Notes: generated by a model from the sequence alone, not told the origin. Shown: positions 13,990 to 28,528, counted from the stretch's first letter. The stretch: 64,000 nucleotides of DNA from Octopus vulgaris (GCA_951406725.2 OX597828.1:31248001-31312000); one strand, 5' to 3'. Made by a program: numbers and translations.

Positions 13990-14555
13990 CATATATGTGG
14001 TCGTATGCTCGTCGCTTTAACATAAGTAATACCAGGATTACATATCTATTAAGTATCTACACATCGGTTTCCTTCAAGTCACTTTCATTTTGCATGTAAC
14101 AATCTTTGATTACATAACTGCATACTATATAAAAACAATTCTCCATTTGTCTTTTCACATCAAATACCGATATAATAAAATGTACACATTCTAGAAAGTA
14201 TTTGCAGTAAAATTTCACTTAAAAATACGCATTTCTCCGAATGTTGAGAAGAAACAAAGTAGACTGGGATAAATTTTCGGAAAATGACTCCTCAGCTACC
14301 TCTGCGTCTTTTCTTCGCAATCAAAATCTACACCAAACGTATTTGTAATTTAAATTAACAAAATATCCATTTTTCTGGACCTTAATTCGTTGGGGGCATA
14401 TACGTGGTCGTATGCTCGTCGCTTTAACATAAGTAATAGCAGATTTACATATCTATTAAGTATCTACATAAATGTCTCCTTCAAGTCACTTTCATTTTGT
14501 ATGTAACAATATTTGATTACCTAACTGCATATTAATATTATATATAAACAATTCT
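13990..14555 (+). repeat. Diverged ~155-bp direct repeat (13990-14145 / 14397-14555)
   Basis: GTGGTCGTATGCTCGTCGCTTTAACATAAGTAATA...CTTCAAGTCACTTTCATTTTG occurs twice, ~408 bp apart. Confidence 0.9.
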
Positions 14556-14656
14556 CTTCTTTCGTTTGGATTGTGCCAAAAGGGTGAGAATATGCTGTGT
14601 TATACTCTAGAAAGACAGAATAAATTAAACAGCAGAAAAAGACATGTGCAACGGAG

Positions 14657-14696
14657 AGACACTAAAGAGGCCACAGGACGTGTGCCGAAAATGTCT
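14657..14696 (+). ncRNA. Degenerate hammerhead remnant
   Basis: AGACA-CTAAAGA-GGC..GCC-GAAA-A-TGTCT; stem I perfect, core G5 mutated, stem III lost. Confidence 0.4.
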
Positions 14697-14805
14697 ACAC
14701 AAAGGATATAAAATAAAAACAAAAATAAAGCTGAAGTTTAGAAGGAATATATAGTGCGTGTGTTTATTTGCAACTTCCCCACGAAAAATTACCATCCCGA
14801 AATAT

Positions 14806-14884
<79 letters not shown>

Positions 14885-16047
14885 TGTGTTTGTGTGTGTG
14901 TGTATGTATGTGTGTGTGTGTATGACATACCCAAACTCTGCCCCAGTGTGTTCCCAAACACACCAATAGTTAGGACCATAGATACCTTAAGATCTATACA
15001 TTGGAATTGAATTATTACCCCGTATTAAGGAAGCAGATTGCTGAACAAAATACATTGCGTAAATCTTGATTAGTGAATGTTTAATCATAATTAAAATTCA
15101 CAACATTCAAAACGCTTAATAAATAGTATACGTGTAAATTTAAATAAGCTTTCAGTACAGCATATTCTGAGAGATATCTACCTATCTGAAACCAAATAAT
15201 ATGCCTCCCTACATACAGTTAAAATTTCCGGAGCACATTCTTTTTATGACCTATTCACAAATATAAGAACACGCCATAACAATGCTCATGCCTTCGATTA
15301 CTGCCAGGAGGAATGGCGAAGGTCTATCCTAATTTCTATGTGTATACAGTGTATGAATTATGTACTGAGGATATCAATAATGCAGTGTCATTTTACAACA
15401 TATCACCCTTGAGAAACAACTAATCATCTAATTTCCACCGCTGCTTTAATCGCTAATTGACTTTTTCGATGAGTCATCTTGGTATACTGTACGTTAGACA
15501 CTGATTGTTATTGCTTCCATATTAGCAGCCTCAAGAGAATATTCGAGATAAGAATCGAAATGAACAAAAGATTTCGTATACAAGATTGTAAGATATGGAA
15601 AAAAAACGCACTACATATTAAAACATATACTAACAAATTGGCATGTTCACACACACAAGTACACATACACGCATATGTAGTTGTATATGCGTGTGTGTGC
15701 GTGTGTCTGTTGAAGTAGAAGGAGAGAGAGAGAGAGTGATAGAGACAGAGACGGACAGAACTACAGGCAGCATATATGTAAAATTATACATATCTCGATA
15801 AAACAATCCCTCATCGTGAGTTGTTTAATCTTGCGGGAATTCCCATAAATGGAGATTGAAATGACTCCTATAATAAATATTTAAACAGCTCCATATTAAT
15901 TCGCATGTATGTATGGAATAAAAAACAGACACGCAGAAACACACACTCACAAACGCGCGTACGCACACATATTAAATAAGTTTTGAAGTGTAAAGGTGAT
16001 TTTCTTAAAAAATATTACATTGCAAAAAGATGTTATGAAAACGTTTA

Positions 16048-16120
<73 letters not shown>

Positions 16121-16699
16121 ACGTCAAAGGCATATAATAGGAAGAGAAGGGTTAAAGGGATAACAAGTATGGAACATGATCATGTGGGCAGTCATCGTAA
16201 TTGTTATATATGTATGTATATATATATATCAAAACAAGCAACATAATATTAAGACGTGATGCAGTACGACTGTTTCAAGCGGTCCCATTTAATTGAGCAA
16301 TGCAATCATTACATCAATTCAAATGCAGTGCAACCAGCAGCACAAAAAAATAGAATTTCAATCAGTCGGACACATTAATATGATTTTACTCAAATGCTCC
16401 AACAGAGCAAGAAGATGGAAGAAGTCCATGTTATCGGTATTGTAGCTAAGAATACACTGCTCTTCCAAGAAAAGCATGAGGTTTACTGGGGTCATAGCCT
16501 TTAAAGGAGTGTGGTTCATTTCTAATTTATTTGTCTTTTATCAACTACTAAATCTAAGACTAGAGGACTGTGTCTGCTTGGAATGAAGGGCAAGAGTTAG
16601 TTGACAGCTCATGGCTAGTTATGGTCATAAATGTTGCCAAAATATTAGGAGTAGTTTATTGGGTATAAAGGAGGCTCTGTAGGCGAAGACCATAAATCA

Positions 16700-17035
16700 A
16701 AATGTTAATTACCATTTAAACGGGCAAGACGTTAATAAAATCTGGGATGTCAATACAGAGGAAAATTTATCATGGTATACTATGGCCGATTGTCTATAAA
16801 CAATATTGTTATGTTGTATAAAGATAAAATTTAAGATTAAGATATCAAAAGTGATATCATAACGAAAATAGGTAAAATGTGTATGTATATCAATTTTCAA
16901 CATTAAAACGGAAAGATTACATAGAATAAGTTTAATATTCATTCATGTACTTACTTGTTTACTTAATAGGTGGTTTCTATAAAGACTGCTCTGAGCATTT
17001 ACTTATGGAATACTGAAAAGATAAACAGACTCTCT
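16700..17035 (-). pseudogene. Highly decayed Penelope-like reverse transcriptase fragment
   Basis: ORF ..FDILILNFIFIQHNNIVYRQ..YHDKFSSVLTSQILL resembles the PLE RT segment ILxxNYFxFNxxxYxQxxGxAMGxxxAPxxANIF. Confidence 0.4.
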
Positions 17036-17123
17036 ATATACTAATTATAAGCCAAGAATCAGAAAAAATAAAGATGTGTACAGATACGCATACATATTTA
17101 TCTTTGTGCACGCATGCACTTAC

Positions 17124-17415
<292 letters not shown>

Positions 17416-17990
17416 ACAAGGGGGAAATTGTACAAAAGGTATACATAGATAGTGAGTAAAGCACCAGCAAAGTTTCGATTACCTGTTGTTATACGTAGAT
17501 TTATTGCGGGAACTTTGTAGTGGCTGTTGGGTGTAACAGTATTAATATAATAGGAGATGGAATGTGTAATAGACTTTATTGGACTTTGACCCGTTCTTGA
17601 TCTCTTCAGGTATATCAATAAAATGTTATGCTATATGTCCATCAAATTCGAGAATGAGTAAAATCAGAGAAAGATTAACAAAACGCTAAACATTCAAATA
17701 TGAAAGTGGAAAGTATACGTTTTAGTTTCGAGAAAACGATGTAATGAGCTTTCGCTGTTGTTAAGTGAAAGAAAAGGAAGTGGAAGTTGAAAGGAAGATA
17801 ATAATTACACGAAAATATATTTCTTTGTTCTTAGACGCATATACACACACTCACGCACACAAATAAACAACACACACACACATATATATATATGTATGCA
17901 CATATACATACGCGTTCACACTCGCACATCCAAGAACATGGCCATATATATACAATTAGATACACGGGCATACGCATACGCATAGACAAA

Positions 17991-18068
<78 letters not shown>

Positions 18069-18090
18069 AATTCATATACGCAAGCACACA

Positions 18091-18129
<39 letters not shown>

Positions 18130-19012
18130 GTAAATATGCATACATAGCATTGATGAATCTATGACTAGATTCATATGTAATCCATGATACAGACGTCTGT
18201 GCAAAGCTTGGCCCGCACACACGTGATAATACACTCGCGTATACACATAAGTAAATATATATACACATACATATATATATATATTTATACATACATACAT
18301 ATATATGTATATATATGCACATATTTATGTGTGTTTATGCGTGCACATGCATACGTTTATACATGCGTCGGTATGTATATATATGTGTGTGTTTATGCGT
18401 ACAAATGCATGCGTATCTATGTGTTAACGAGCCTCTATACACATTACTGTGTTTGTATATATGTGTGTGTGTGCATCTGTGTGTGTGTGTGTTTATGATA
18501 GAAACACTCAACTTAATATATGCGGAAATTTACATAGTGAGTGATTTGTGTGTTATATCTCTATATGTATGCTCGAGTGTCTTATATACGATGAAAAAAC
18601 AAACGAACAAAAAACAAAAACATCGAGACCGTCGAAAAGAAGAACAATGGTTCGTTGTACATGCTATTCATATTTTATCATATGCTCTAATGTTTACCAA
18701 CTGAATATAATCGGAAATATGTCAGCGATTGAAAAGCTTTAGATCTTTGCATTAAACCGGTTAAATTACTGCTGCAGTATTTGTAGGTTCATTGTATTTT
18801 AAACATATTAAATAGTGAAAAGAGATAAAACATTTTAGCATTGTACTACTAATTATCGGTAAATGGTTTCCAAACTTATATAACGTATAACCTCAATTGA
18901 ATACAGATGAAGATTGTACTTCATAATTAATTTAAGTTATAAAACAAACTGTAGGAAAATATATAGAAACAAAATACTCACAGAACGCTTCTAATCACAT
19001 AATCTGTGTGTG

Positions 19013-19054
<42 letters not shown>

Positions 19055-19570
19055 CGTGTTTATGTATTTTTGTGTCTGTGCCAGTGTTAGCATGCCTCAG
19101 TTTTCGCAAGTCTGTATATATGTGGGAAATTCTACATATGAATGGATGCATTCTATTCAAATCTATTACTAAACAGAATAAAAAAAGCAAAAAAAAAAAG
19201 GAAACAGCAGACATTAAACTAACATATTATCTTCCAAATCAGCCACATATTTCAAAGTAAATAAATGAAATATTTCTATGGCATGAAAGAAACCTGCAAG
19301 CTAAAAGGAAACAAGAAGTAGGTAGCTTATCACATATGATAAATTATAAGACATATTATCCTACATTCGCATACATCTACACTAGTAAAAGCTGCACTTC
19401 TGGTACAGCCGAGAGCACACTTAGATATTGCGTTCTTTGTATCATTTAGAAGCACAGAATACAAAGTAGACTGTTTTCTTTTATTAAACAAACATTCCAG
19501 TTGAGTATATAGAAAACATGACTATATATTAAATAAAATATTTTCATAGAAATATATGCGCATGCTATTT

Positions 19571-19785
19571 AGGCGCAGGAGTGGCTGTGTGGTAAGAAGC
19601 TGGCTTCCCAACCAAGTGGTTCCAGGCTCAAACCCATTGCATGACATTTATGGCAAGTGTCTTCTACTATAGCCGCGAGCCCACCAAAGTCTTCTGAGTG
19701 GATTTGGTAGACAGAAGCTGAGAGAATCCTGCCATTTGTGGAACCAGATCGAAATGACTGAAACAAGTAAAAGAATACAAGAATG
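19571..19785 (+). mobile_element. SINE family 2 copy with internal deletion
   Basis: Head AGGCGCAGGAGTGGCTGTGTGGTAAG and tail GAAATGACTGAAACAAGTAAAAGAA. Confidence 0.8.
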
Positions 19786-20072
19786 AAAGGAGTGCCGAGA
19801 TGATCTGTAAAGTGGGCCGAGATAGCATGGTCGAAGCACTTAATTTTGATTTGATCCTGCTACGAAATAGGCGAGACTTCTGGAACTTGATTGAGGAAAG
19901 AAAACCACGAATAACCCGTCTTTTTTTTTTTTGCCTGTCCTTATTATTGATGTTTCTCTTGTCCACCTTTGTATCGTCTATCTGTCCGAATGTTTTAATA
20001 TTCTCTCTCTCTATATATATGTGTTTATGTGTGTGTGCGCGTGTGTGTGCGTGCGTGTGTGCTTATACACAA

Positions 20073-20137
<65 letters not shown>

Positions 20138-20184
20138 TATGTATATATGTATATATGTATATATGTATGTATGGATGGATGTAG

Positions 20185-20390
20185 TTGCGTCTGTGTTTGT
20201 TCCCTACCATCGCTTGACCACCGATGTTGGTCTGTTTCCATCCCCATAAATTTGCGGTTCGGCAAAAGAGACCGACAGGATAAGTACAAGGCTTACAAAA
20301 AATAAAACCTGATTTTGATTTGTTAGACTAAAGGAAGTGCTTCAGCATGACCGCAGTGAAATGACTAAAACAAGTAAAAGAATAAAAAAG
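20185..20390 (+). mobile_element. SINE family 2, 3' half
   Basis: GTCTGTGTTTGTTCCC...GCGGTTCGGCAAAAGAGACCGA...AAACAAGTAAAAGAA after a microsatellite. Confidence 0.8.
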
Positions 20391-21589
20391 AGTGCTAAGA
20401 TGACCATTATTGTGGACCGAGATAGCATTGTCGAGGCTCTTAACTTTGATGTGATCATTCTGCAAGAACAGACTGTTGTAGTGGGTAGCGATTCTAATTT
20501 CGTAATCAGATTAAATAGACATCATTATAGTTTCGTATTCTTAATTTTCTCTCAGAATCGGTTATAATGATTCTGTTTTCCACCCTTTTGGGTTCGATAA
20601 ATAAATGCCAGTTGATCTCTGGTTTCAACGTAATCGATTTAATCCCTGCTCTGGAATTACTGACCTTGTGCTAAAATTTGAAACTAATATGTGCAGGTTT
20701 ATTTTCTGCGTCAGAAATTTATGCCGAGGAGCATAGTGTTATATCATATAGCTGTGTATCAAATAAGGACTTGACGTATTAGGCTTGAAGAGATAACTAA
20801 ATTTCACGCAAAATACACTTCTTTCGAAGTTTTTATAGGGATTTAACGTAAAAATAACTTACCATTGACAGTGAATCGACAATGATATTTATTGCTTGAA
20901 TGCGTTTTATTATAAAATGTAGAAAAAAAATCGACGAAATTTAATTTAATATTGTTTTCGCTCTTCTGAAATTTGAATTTACTGATAGTCTGCACCCCCG
21001 TACACACACGCACACATACACACGCTTATACGTGCATACGCACACGGGCACAGGTGCACGCATAGACACACGCATACACATGCGTATTCGTTCGTATGTA
21101 CATATGTATATTTGCATATATGCACACATGCATATCAGTGTGCGCCCATGTACAGATGCGCACGCACACATGCACGCAAAACCATATGAGCGAGTCTACA
21201 CACCCACATATAGAACTATATATTTGCACAAGCCACCCGTTCCTACCCTCCCCCCCCAACAATCTGACTGACTTCCTAACCGCCATGTGATCTATTTCCT
21301 GTCCTCCACGTGATCAATTTCATGTTTACCATGTGTTATTTTCCAACTAACAGTTACACATATACCAACATCTAACCACGGCACAACATGAAATTTCTCA
21401 ACCAATCGCAGTCCACCTGATGGTAATAAAAATCAATTTCTGTCACCAAATTCAAGATGGCTGACGACTAGCAATACTCTTGAAATACCAAAATACCAAA
21501 ATGTTATCTAAGAAAGTGAGTGAGTGTGCATACGTATGCATACGTTTAAGCTTTTAAAATTCTTCCTATGTTTTTCTGTTGCGATATTC

Positions 21590-22130
21590 ACTGCAATAAC
21601 TCATGGAAGATTCATTTCTGTGCACTGTTTTCAAGAAGAATCTTAATGGAATAGAAAGTTTCAGAGCAAATCTTCTTTGTAAGTTATACAGCAAGGAAAA
21701 TTTGAAAGAAAATTCAAAATTTGCTTTTCGGAATATCGAGTAATTTCGACAGTTTGGGTATGATCAAACATTTCTTGAGAGGGATATATATTGCTTTCTA
21801 CATAAATATCCTCCAAGAAAATGCTAATGGATTTTCCAGTTGTTACGCATATGGAGGCAGAGTTTAAAACATAAATAGACCAAAATTGTTTCTGTTCCAA
21901 ACATACAAATATGACGTAACTGTTTAAGACTATAATGTGTAATGTAGCGTGTAATAATTTTTATCAAATCCATTTCAACTTCATGCTCCACGATCTTAGA
22001 CACTGTCCTCTCACTTCTATTTCAAAAACACAAGGACACGGACTTTATTTCGTGCCGTATATCCAGCTGAAAATGATGTTTCCTGGGGGTAAATAACAGA
22101 CACATTCGTCCCATCATGGGGCTGCCACAT
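21590..22130 (-). mobile_element. Possible decayed hAT (SPIN/GTF2IRD2-like) transposase C-terminus
   Basis: ..QFWS...KSISIFLEDIYVES..ILNFLSNF loosely resembles the hAT dimerisation region FW..A..L.S.F.STY.CE..FS. Confidence 0.3.
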
Positions 22131-22329
22131 AACATTGAGAAAAAGTCATTTATTTATGGTGCTATTACTGTATATCTCTCTTTGAGAGAATTAAAAATAG
22201 TACTTCTATTTCATATATGTGTGCATGAGTGTGCGCGTGTGTGTGTGTATATGTATGTATATATATGGATATATTTTTAACTACATATGTACACAGATAT
22301 ATATGTATGCATATATAACTTTGACATCT

Positions 22330-22790
22330 TTGCCAGGCCTTGTCTAAGCTTAATAGCACAACCTGATGAAGCCTTTCAGTCATTTATGATTTACCATGGC
22401 CCACCGTACCAAAGAGTTATTATTGTTGGAGACATACACGAGTGTAGGAGATTAGTTCGGAATTTTTTTGAAGAAATTTTTCCAGTGAACTATTGAAGTT
22501 TATGGTAACCGTTTTCGTTTTGACGTATTTTGGTATGGTATTAAGGAGGGCTGGACCGGTTGAGGTAATGTAGTTGCGATGCAATGTTATGTGTCCTGGG
22601 TTCGATTTTTGTAGGTGGGGTCAGGCAATAGTATAGTAGAGAAGGATGATGGTATGGGCATCTCTAGACTGCAAAGTTCTCCGAATCCAGGAGCACATAT
22701 TGTGGGCCAAGTCAACCTTGCTGTGTAAGTGGGAACTCCAGCTTAGACTGTTATCAACAATTGCTCCAACGTCTCTGGTGTTGTTGGATT
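22330..22790 (-). mobile_element. CR1/L2-like LINE ORF2 C-terminal remnant
   Basis: Minus translation TRDVGAIVDNSLSWSSHLHSKVDLAHNMCSWIRRTLQSRDAHTIILLYYTIA*PHL matches the RDLGV.VD..LSW..H..RPHLEY region. Confidence 0.75.
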
Positions 22791-23718
22791 GCATTTATAT
22801 GTATGTATACACACAGACCTATAGTGAGAGAGAGAGAGAGAGAGAGAGAGAGGGAAGACAGGCAGACAAACAGGCAGAGATAGATGTAGATGCATATGAG
22901 TATAAATATATACTTAGATATAGATTCCCTAAAGAGTACGTTGTCTGTGTGATTATATTGTGTACTTAGATCTATGTATATACATTTAAATTCATTTGTA
23001 AGGAGATTAATTTAAATAAGCATCGAATTGTCTTCCATAATTATTAGACTGTCATAATTACATATCTCTTGAATAAATCGATAGAGATGTTATTCTTCCA
23101 TTTATACGATGAATTTGCAAGCAACAATCAAGTATTTTAACTATAAGTGTGTCTCACGCTTTTCACTTCATTAGTAACAACATAATGTACACAATGAAGT
23201 TCGGAAGTTGACATCAATTCTATAATATAAATTAAGTGATTCACTTCATTTAAATTAGATTGTTCAAGGAGAAGATATTTTATTGGGTTAAGTAAGTAGT
23301 TGGGGACAGCATGACAATAAGAGTTAAATATCATATATACATTTGGGTACATTAAATAAATATTGACATCTTAATACTTTTGAGATTTGTATATTGCGTT
23401 TTATAAATATGGAGCAAATATGATACTGTAGGTACACCGCCGAAAAAAACCCGCACATAAATCAATATAATTATACACACACACATACGCACACACACAC
23501 ACATACACACACACGCACATACATACACACATACACACACGCACACTTATATATACAGATGATGAACAGGTATTATATATTAGAAGATATTAGAAGAATC
23601 TGCAGACACCACTAGAATAGACGCAAGCGCTAACATATGATATATAAAAACGTGTGACATATCAATAAATATCTGTAAATACAAAACCATCCATGTTTCT
23701 GAGTACCTTATTTCTTCT

Positions 23719-23807
<89 letters not shown>

Positions 23808-23811
<4 letters not shown>

Positions 23812-24040
23812 CAAAACACTAACAAGAAAGACTTAATCAATACATAAAATTTTAATAAAAAGAAATTTTATTATTATTAAAATTTTATGTATTGATTAAG
23901 TCTTTCCTTGTTTGTTTTGCAAAATAGTGGTTTTGTCTCTAATAATATTATATAATATTTTACTATAAAATTGGATTTAATTCTAAATCTGATTTTTTCC
24001 CTGTAAATTTGGATTTATTCCCTAATATTTATTATTATAT
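23808..24040 (+). mobile_element. Fold-back PLE-like tail fragment inserted in (TA)n
   Basis: Hairpin 23808-23923 (AAAGACTTAATCAATACATAAAATTTTAATAA / TTATTAAAATTTTATGTATTGATTAAGTCTTT), then a tail shared with 9068-9250. Confidence 0.6.
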
Positions 24041-24060
24041 ATATATATATATATAATATA

Positions 24061-25216
24061 TCTTATTATAAAAGGCAGATTTTATCTGCCTCCCTTTGTA
24101 ACTTATAGAAATCTACAATATAGGATTTTTTCAATTACAATTTACCTAGCATTTTTAAGAGTAGAATGCATCGGGTCATGCCAGGTCCAGTTTTTTAAAT
24201 TTAAACTCCAATTAAGCAACATTTACAGAAAACTCACATGCTGGTGTGTATGTCAAATGCTTTTCTTAGTCTGGTTTACAGCACACGCAAACGCACACAC
24301 ACAGTGTGCAACGAATAAAGTGAAACTAGATGTAATATTTGTTTCTGTCTATCACGCTGATAGATACATGAGTAAAATGTATGGCAAGCTAACAGATAAG
24401 AGTGAGTGAAAATGTTCTTGGAAGAGAGACAGAGAGTGATTTGAGGAAGACTAAACTGAAAGTATGAAACAGTGTTTATGTATAAACAGACGACACTTAT
24501 ATAAACCCTTTCGTTACCAAACCGCCAGAATTAACCTACTCATATTCAAATGAGAATATCAGAGTAAATCTTTTTAGTACATTCGTGAAAATACGTATTA
24601 TACTTCGTAAACACTTCAAATACAGTTTTGTACAAAAATCGAAGTGTAATTTTAATTCCGTGAATTATGGGAGATTTTTTTCCGAAATTTGTTCCTATTG
24701 TGTTTTCAAAATTTGTAATTCTAACAAAAAATGGATACGAATTTCATTATATCAAGCAGCGAGTCAGAATTCGAAGGATTTTCTACTGAAGACCTTCATA
24801 AATCTAACTCTATGACTGAAAAAAAAAGCATCTTTATATAAGAGTGAAGTTGTGTGTCTGTCTCCTACGATTTAGATTCGTAACTACTCCCACATTTTGC
24901 GGTGCAGTTTAACCAAAAGCGGATATCTTATAGTCGTGATTCATATCGAGCCCTTCTGGGTATTAGCGCGCGTCTACGATGAGTCTACGATTTAAAAAAA
25001 ATTTACCATCATATTTTTCCATTTTAATGCATTTTTTTCGCTTTTATATAAGGGAAGTAACTCTCTAAAAATATCTACGATGTGTCAACGATTTAAAAAA
25101 AAATTTACCTTAATTTTTTTTCAATTTTTAATGCATATTTTTTGGGCTATAACTCTCTAAAAATGCTTATATAGTTATTTCCCTTACAACCCGAGCAACG
25201 CCGGGCGATACTGCTA

Positions 25217-25217
<1 letters not shown>
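24061..25217 (+). mobile_element. Non-autonomous Helitron (composite, second 5' end at 24831)
   Basis: A|TCTTATTATAAAAGG start; 3' hairpin CCCGAGCAACGCCGGG followed by CGATACTGCTAG|T; internal A|TCTTTATATAAGAGTG start. Confidence 0.8.
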
Positions 25218-25310
<93 letters not shown>

Positions 25311-26436
25311 ATATATAGATATAAATAATATGTGTGTGGGGGGGGTGGGGTGGCGTGGCTTGTGCATCTTCCAGCGTTCACTATTTTCCTCTCGTCTAAT
25401 GACCTTCCATGTTACTTTTCGCTCCACTATCCTGTTTTTTTTTTCCAAATTATTTCGGAATTTATGGGACCAACTGTCTTCTTAGACCCATATTGTCGTT
25501 AAATGCTCGAAATGAGGAGAAGATAGACATCTGACAACTGATGAAGTGTCGTTTTCTATGTTACTCATCCATTTTTCCCATTTTTCCTCTCGTTGTTTGC
25601 GTAATTAATTTGTGTGATTTCGCACTCCATGTTGTTTACACTGTTGGTGACGTTCTATACCCATATATTCATATATATAATATAAATTTAGGGAGTGGAG
25701 TAGGTAAAATCCAGGCTATACCTTCATTATACCATCTACGGAATGCTCGATGCCTACTAACCTCCGAGACCTGGATCCTTCGATCATATCTTTATATCGT
25801 CCATCATTATATTTATTCCCTTTCGTATGTTCCCTTCTGTAATGCTTTTTATACAAGAATTGCTTGCTCTCGGCCCTATATTTGCTTCGACTCTCGCAAG
25901 CACTGCCAGTATGGGAAGCCTCTCAGTCTTATTAATGGGGCGAAACTGAGTAATAATATATGGTTGGTATCCGATGAAAAATTAAGGACCTCTTCCGTCC
26001 GTTTGTCCACTCAGTATACGTTATACGCTTTCTACCTGTCGATTATTTCTTTACACCACCTTATTTCATTTATTAAGTAAGAGAACACGACGCACCACGG
26101 CTTTTATTTAGAGTAAGTTTTATATGTATGTATGTGTGTGTTTGCGTGTGTACGCGTGTGTGGGTATATGTATGTATATGTGTGTATGTGTACATGCATA
26201 TATTTATATGAAGTAATATTCGTAGCCTCATTAACACGGCTATATATATATATAGTGAACATTCGAAATTGAAACAAATTACACCTTTACTTCCGGAAGG
26301 ATTGTCGTTTACCTTTCTGATCTAAACCTACTAACGGACATTACCTAAAGATTTATTATTTATACGATGGATGGCGGTTCTACCAAACGCATGATTATTT
26401 TACTCTGATCCTACCCCCATTTTTAAGAAACTGGAA

Positions 26437-26760
26437 TCTGTATATATAAATATGAGAATGTATGTGTGTCTGCCTGTCTGTCTGTGTGTTTGTGTGTGTG
26501 TGTGTGTGTGTATGAATCCCTAAAACATGAGAACTACACAACCAATTTCATTCAAATTTTACACATGCTTTACTTAGGTTCCATGTAGTGTCATAGGCAC
26601 CAAAACTTTATACAGGGAGGCCAGATTGCGTAGTGCAATATCATATCTTCAGTATAACGTGTCATAAGTGAAACAATAACATAACTCTATTGTAATGTCA
26701 GATATTTCCACTTTAATAGTTCACTTTAATACTGAAGCTATTAAAGTGAAACTATTATCT
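26437..26760 (+). mobile_element. Helitron-type 5' fragment (Lep1/DINE-like architecture)
   Basis: TCTGTATATATAAATATGAGAATG + (GTCT)n/(GT)n + CAACCAATTTCATTCAAATTTTACACA; 3' end not found. Confidence 0.55.
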
Positions 26761-26811
26761 CACATATGTACAGACATACATACACATATACATACATATA
26801 ATATATATATT

Positions 26812-26861
<50 letters not shown>

Positions 26862-26886
26862 ATACATCTGCCCAAATGTATATATA

Positions 26887-26925
<39 letters not shown>

Positions 26926-27102
26926 ATATAGATATATATATGTATACATACCTACATACACACATACAACCGCGCACAGATAAATTGAGCTAAATTTTTC
27001 TAGACGAGTTCACCCAGAACTCATATACTTATATGTATGCACAAACACAGACGCGGACAAGTACGATTACATGTATGCATGTATGCATACATAAATACAT
27101 AC

Positions 27103-27146
<44 letters not shown>

Positions 27147-27151
<5 letters not shown>

Positions 27152-27245
27152 GAAATGAAGAAAATGCTGACAAATAGTTGAAGTAATTTAAGTAAATTAC
27201 TTAAATTACTTCAACTATTTGTCAGCATTTTCTTCATTTCCTTTT
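27147..27245. repeat. Perfect ~49-bp-arm palindrome with 1-nt spacer within (TA)n
   Basis: AAAAGGAAATGAAGAAAATGCTGACAAATAGTTGAAGTAATTTAAGTAA-A-TTACTTAAATTACTTCAACTATTTGTCAGCATTTTCTTCATTTCCTTTT. Confidence 0.95.
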
Positions 27246-27280
27246 TATATATCACCACTCGTGTTCGACATCTCCTTTTT

Positions 27281-27353
<73 letters not shown>

Positions 27354-28528
27354 CGAATTCCACCACATAGGACACTGTTAAGTTCAGTGGTGATAAGAAA
27401 CCCGTGTGGCTGATATATTTAGAAAAGTCTTGTCTTGCCACTTATCAATATGTGTGCATATGAGTGTGCTAAACTTAGTATATCTGGTTGTAGCACAGAC
27501 GGATGAGCAATGTTTTAAGCGTGCTTCGGGTTGTGATTGTGGCTGTTACAAATGTCCTTTCCTATTAGAACCTATAAGCGAACATTTGTACCTAACTGAA
27601 TCAGTGTAGTATGAGTAATACACATTTGTCTAACTACATTTTTTTTTACAGATTACAATCCTAATATTTCACAACATACAAATGATAATAGAAAGTACTG
27701 AACGCACACTCCATTATTATCGGGAAAAGAAAATGCAATTGTTAAATTTTCTGTGCATGAATTAAGAGAACTATCTGAGTTGCTATAATGAAATACAAAT
27801 GTATCTTCGTATCATTTGTATGGACTTCCTACAGAAAGCCATTATTACAATTTTTGCATCAGTATTTAAATAATAGGTTACAAATTGTTTTGTTTTGAAT
27901 GATTTTCGAAATATATATTCCTAGATGTACTTCGTCATTTGGCTATATACTACAAGATATTTTTAACACAATGGGTTTTTATTGAGTATCCGCTTATAAC
28001 ATGTGTTAAAATAAAACATGTTTGGATTCCGTGTATGGAATATTGCCTGAGAAAAAGAAAACAGAAATCCAATACATAACGAAACAATGAGCGATTGTGG
28101 ACACCAAATAGCAACAGAAGTAAATGTGTGTTAATCAATATAAAAACAATAACATGGAAGCCATATAAATTGATGCAAATAAATGATTCTGTTAGTTGAA
28201 CAAAACACATAACCTTAAGATATTCTGTTTCCATTCTTATCTATTTCATTATTTCATTTAGAGACTATTTCCCGTCCATCGTTTACAACTATTTGAAAAG
28301 TGCAAATGTGAATCGATTCTCTCGTAACGCTAAACTACAAACCGGTTTAAGTGTTCGCAATACACCCATTAACTTGTTCTTCAACGTTATAGTAGGATTT
28401 CTTTTAATTTGTCTGTTTAAGGAACAATTACTTGGAATATAGATTCTTCCATTCGTGAACAACTTGCTTTTGCGACAGAAATTTAATTACCTCATTCCCA
28501 GGATACCGTATAAGTTAAATCTACTATA

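Noticed and set aside
25541-26080. 179-aa ORF
   Set aside because: No recognisable domain and composition typical of AT-rich non-coding or decayed TE sequence
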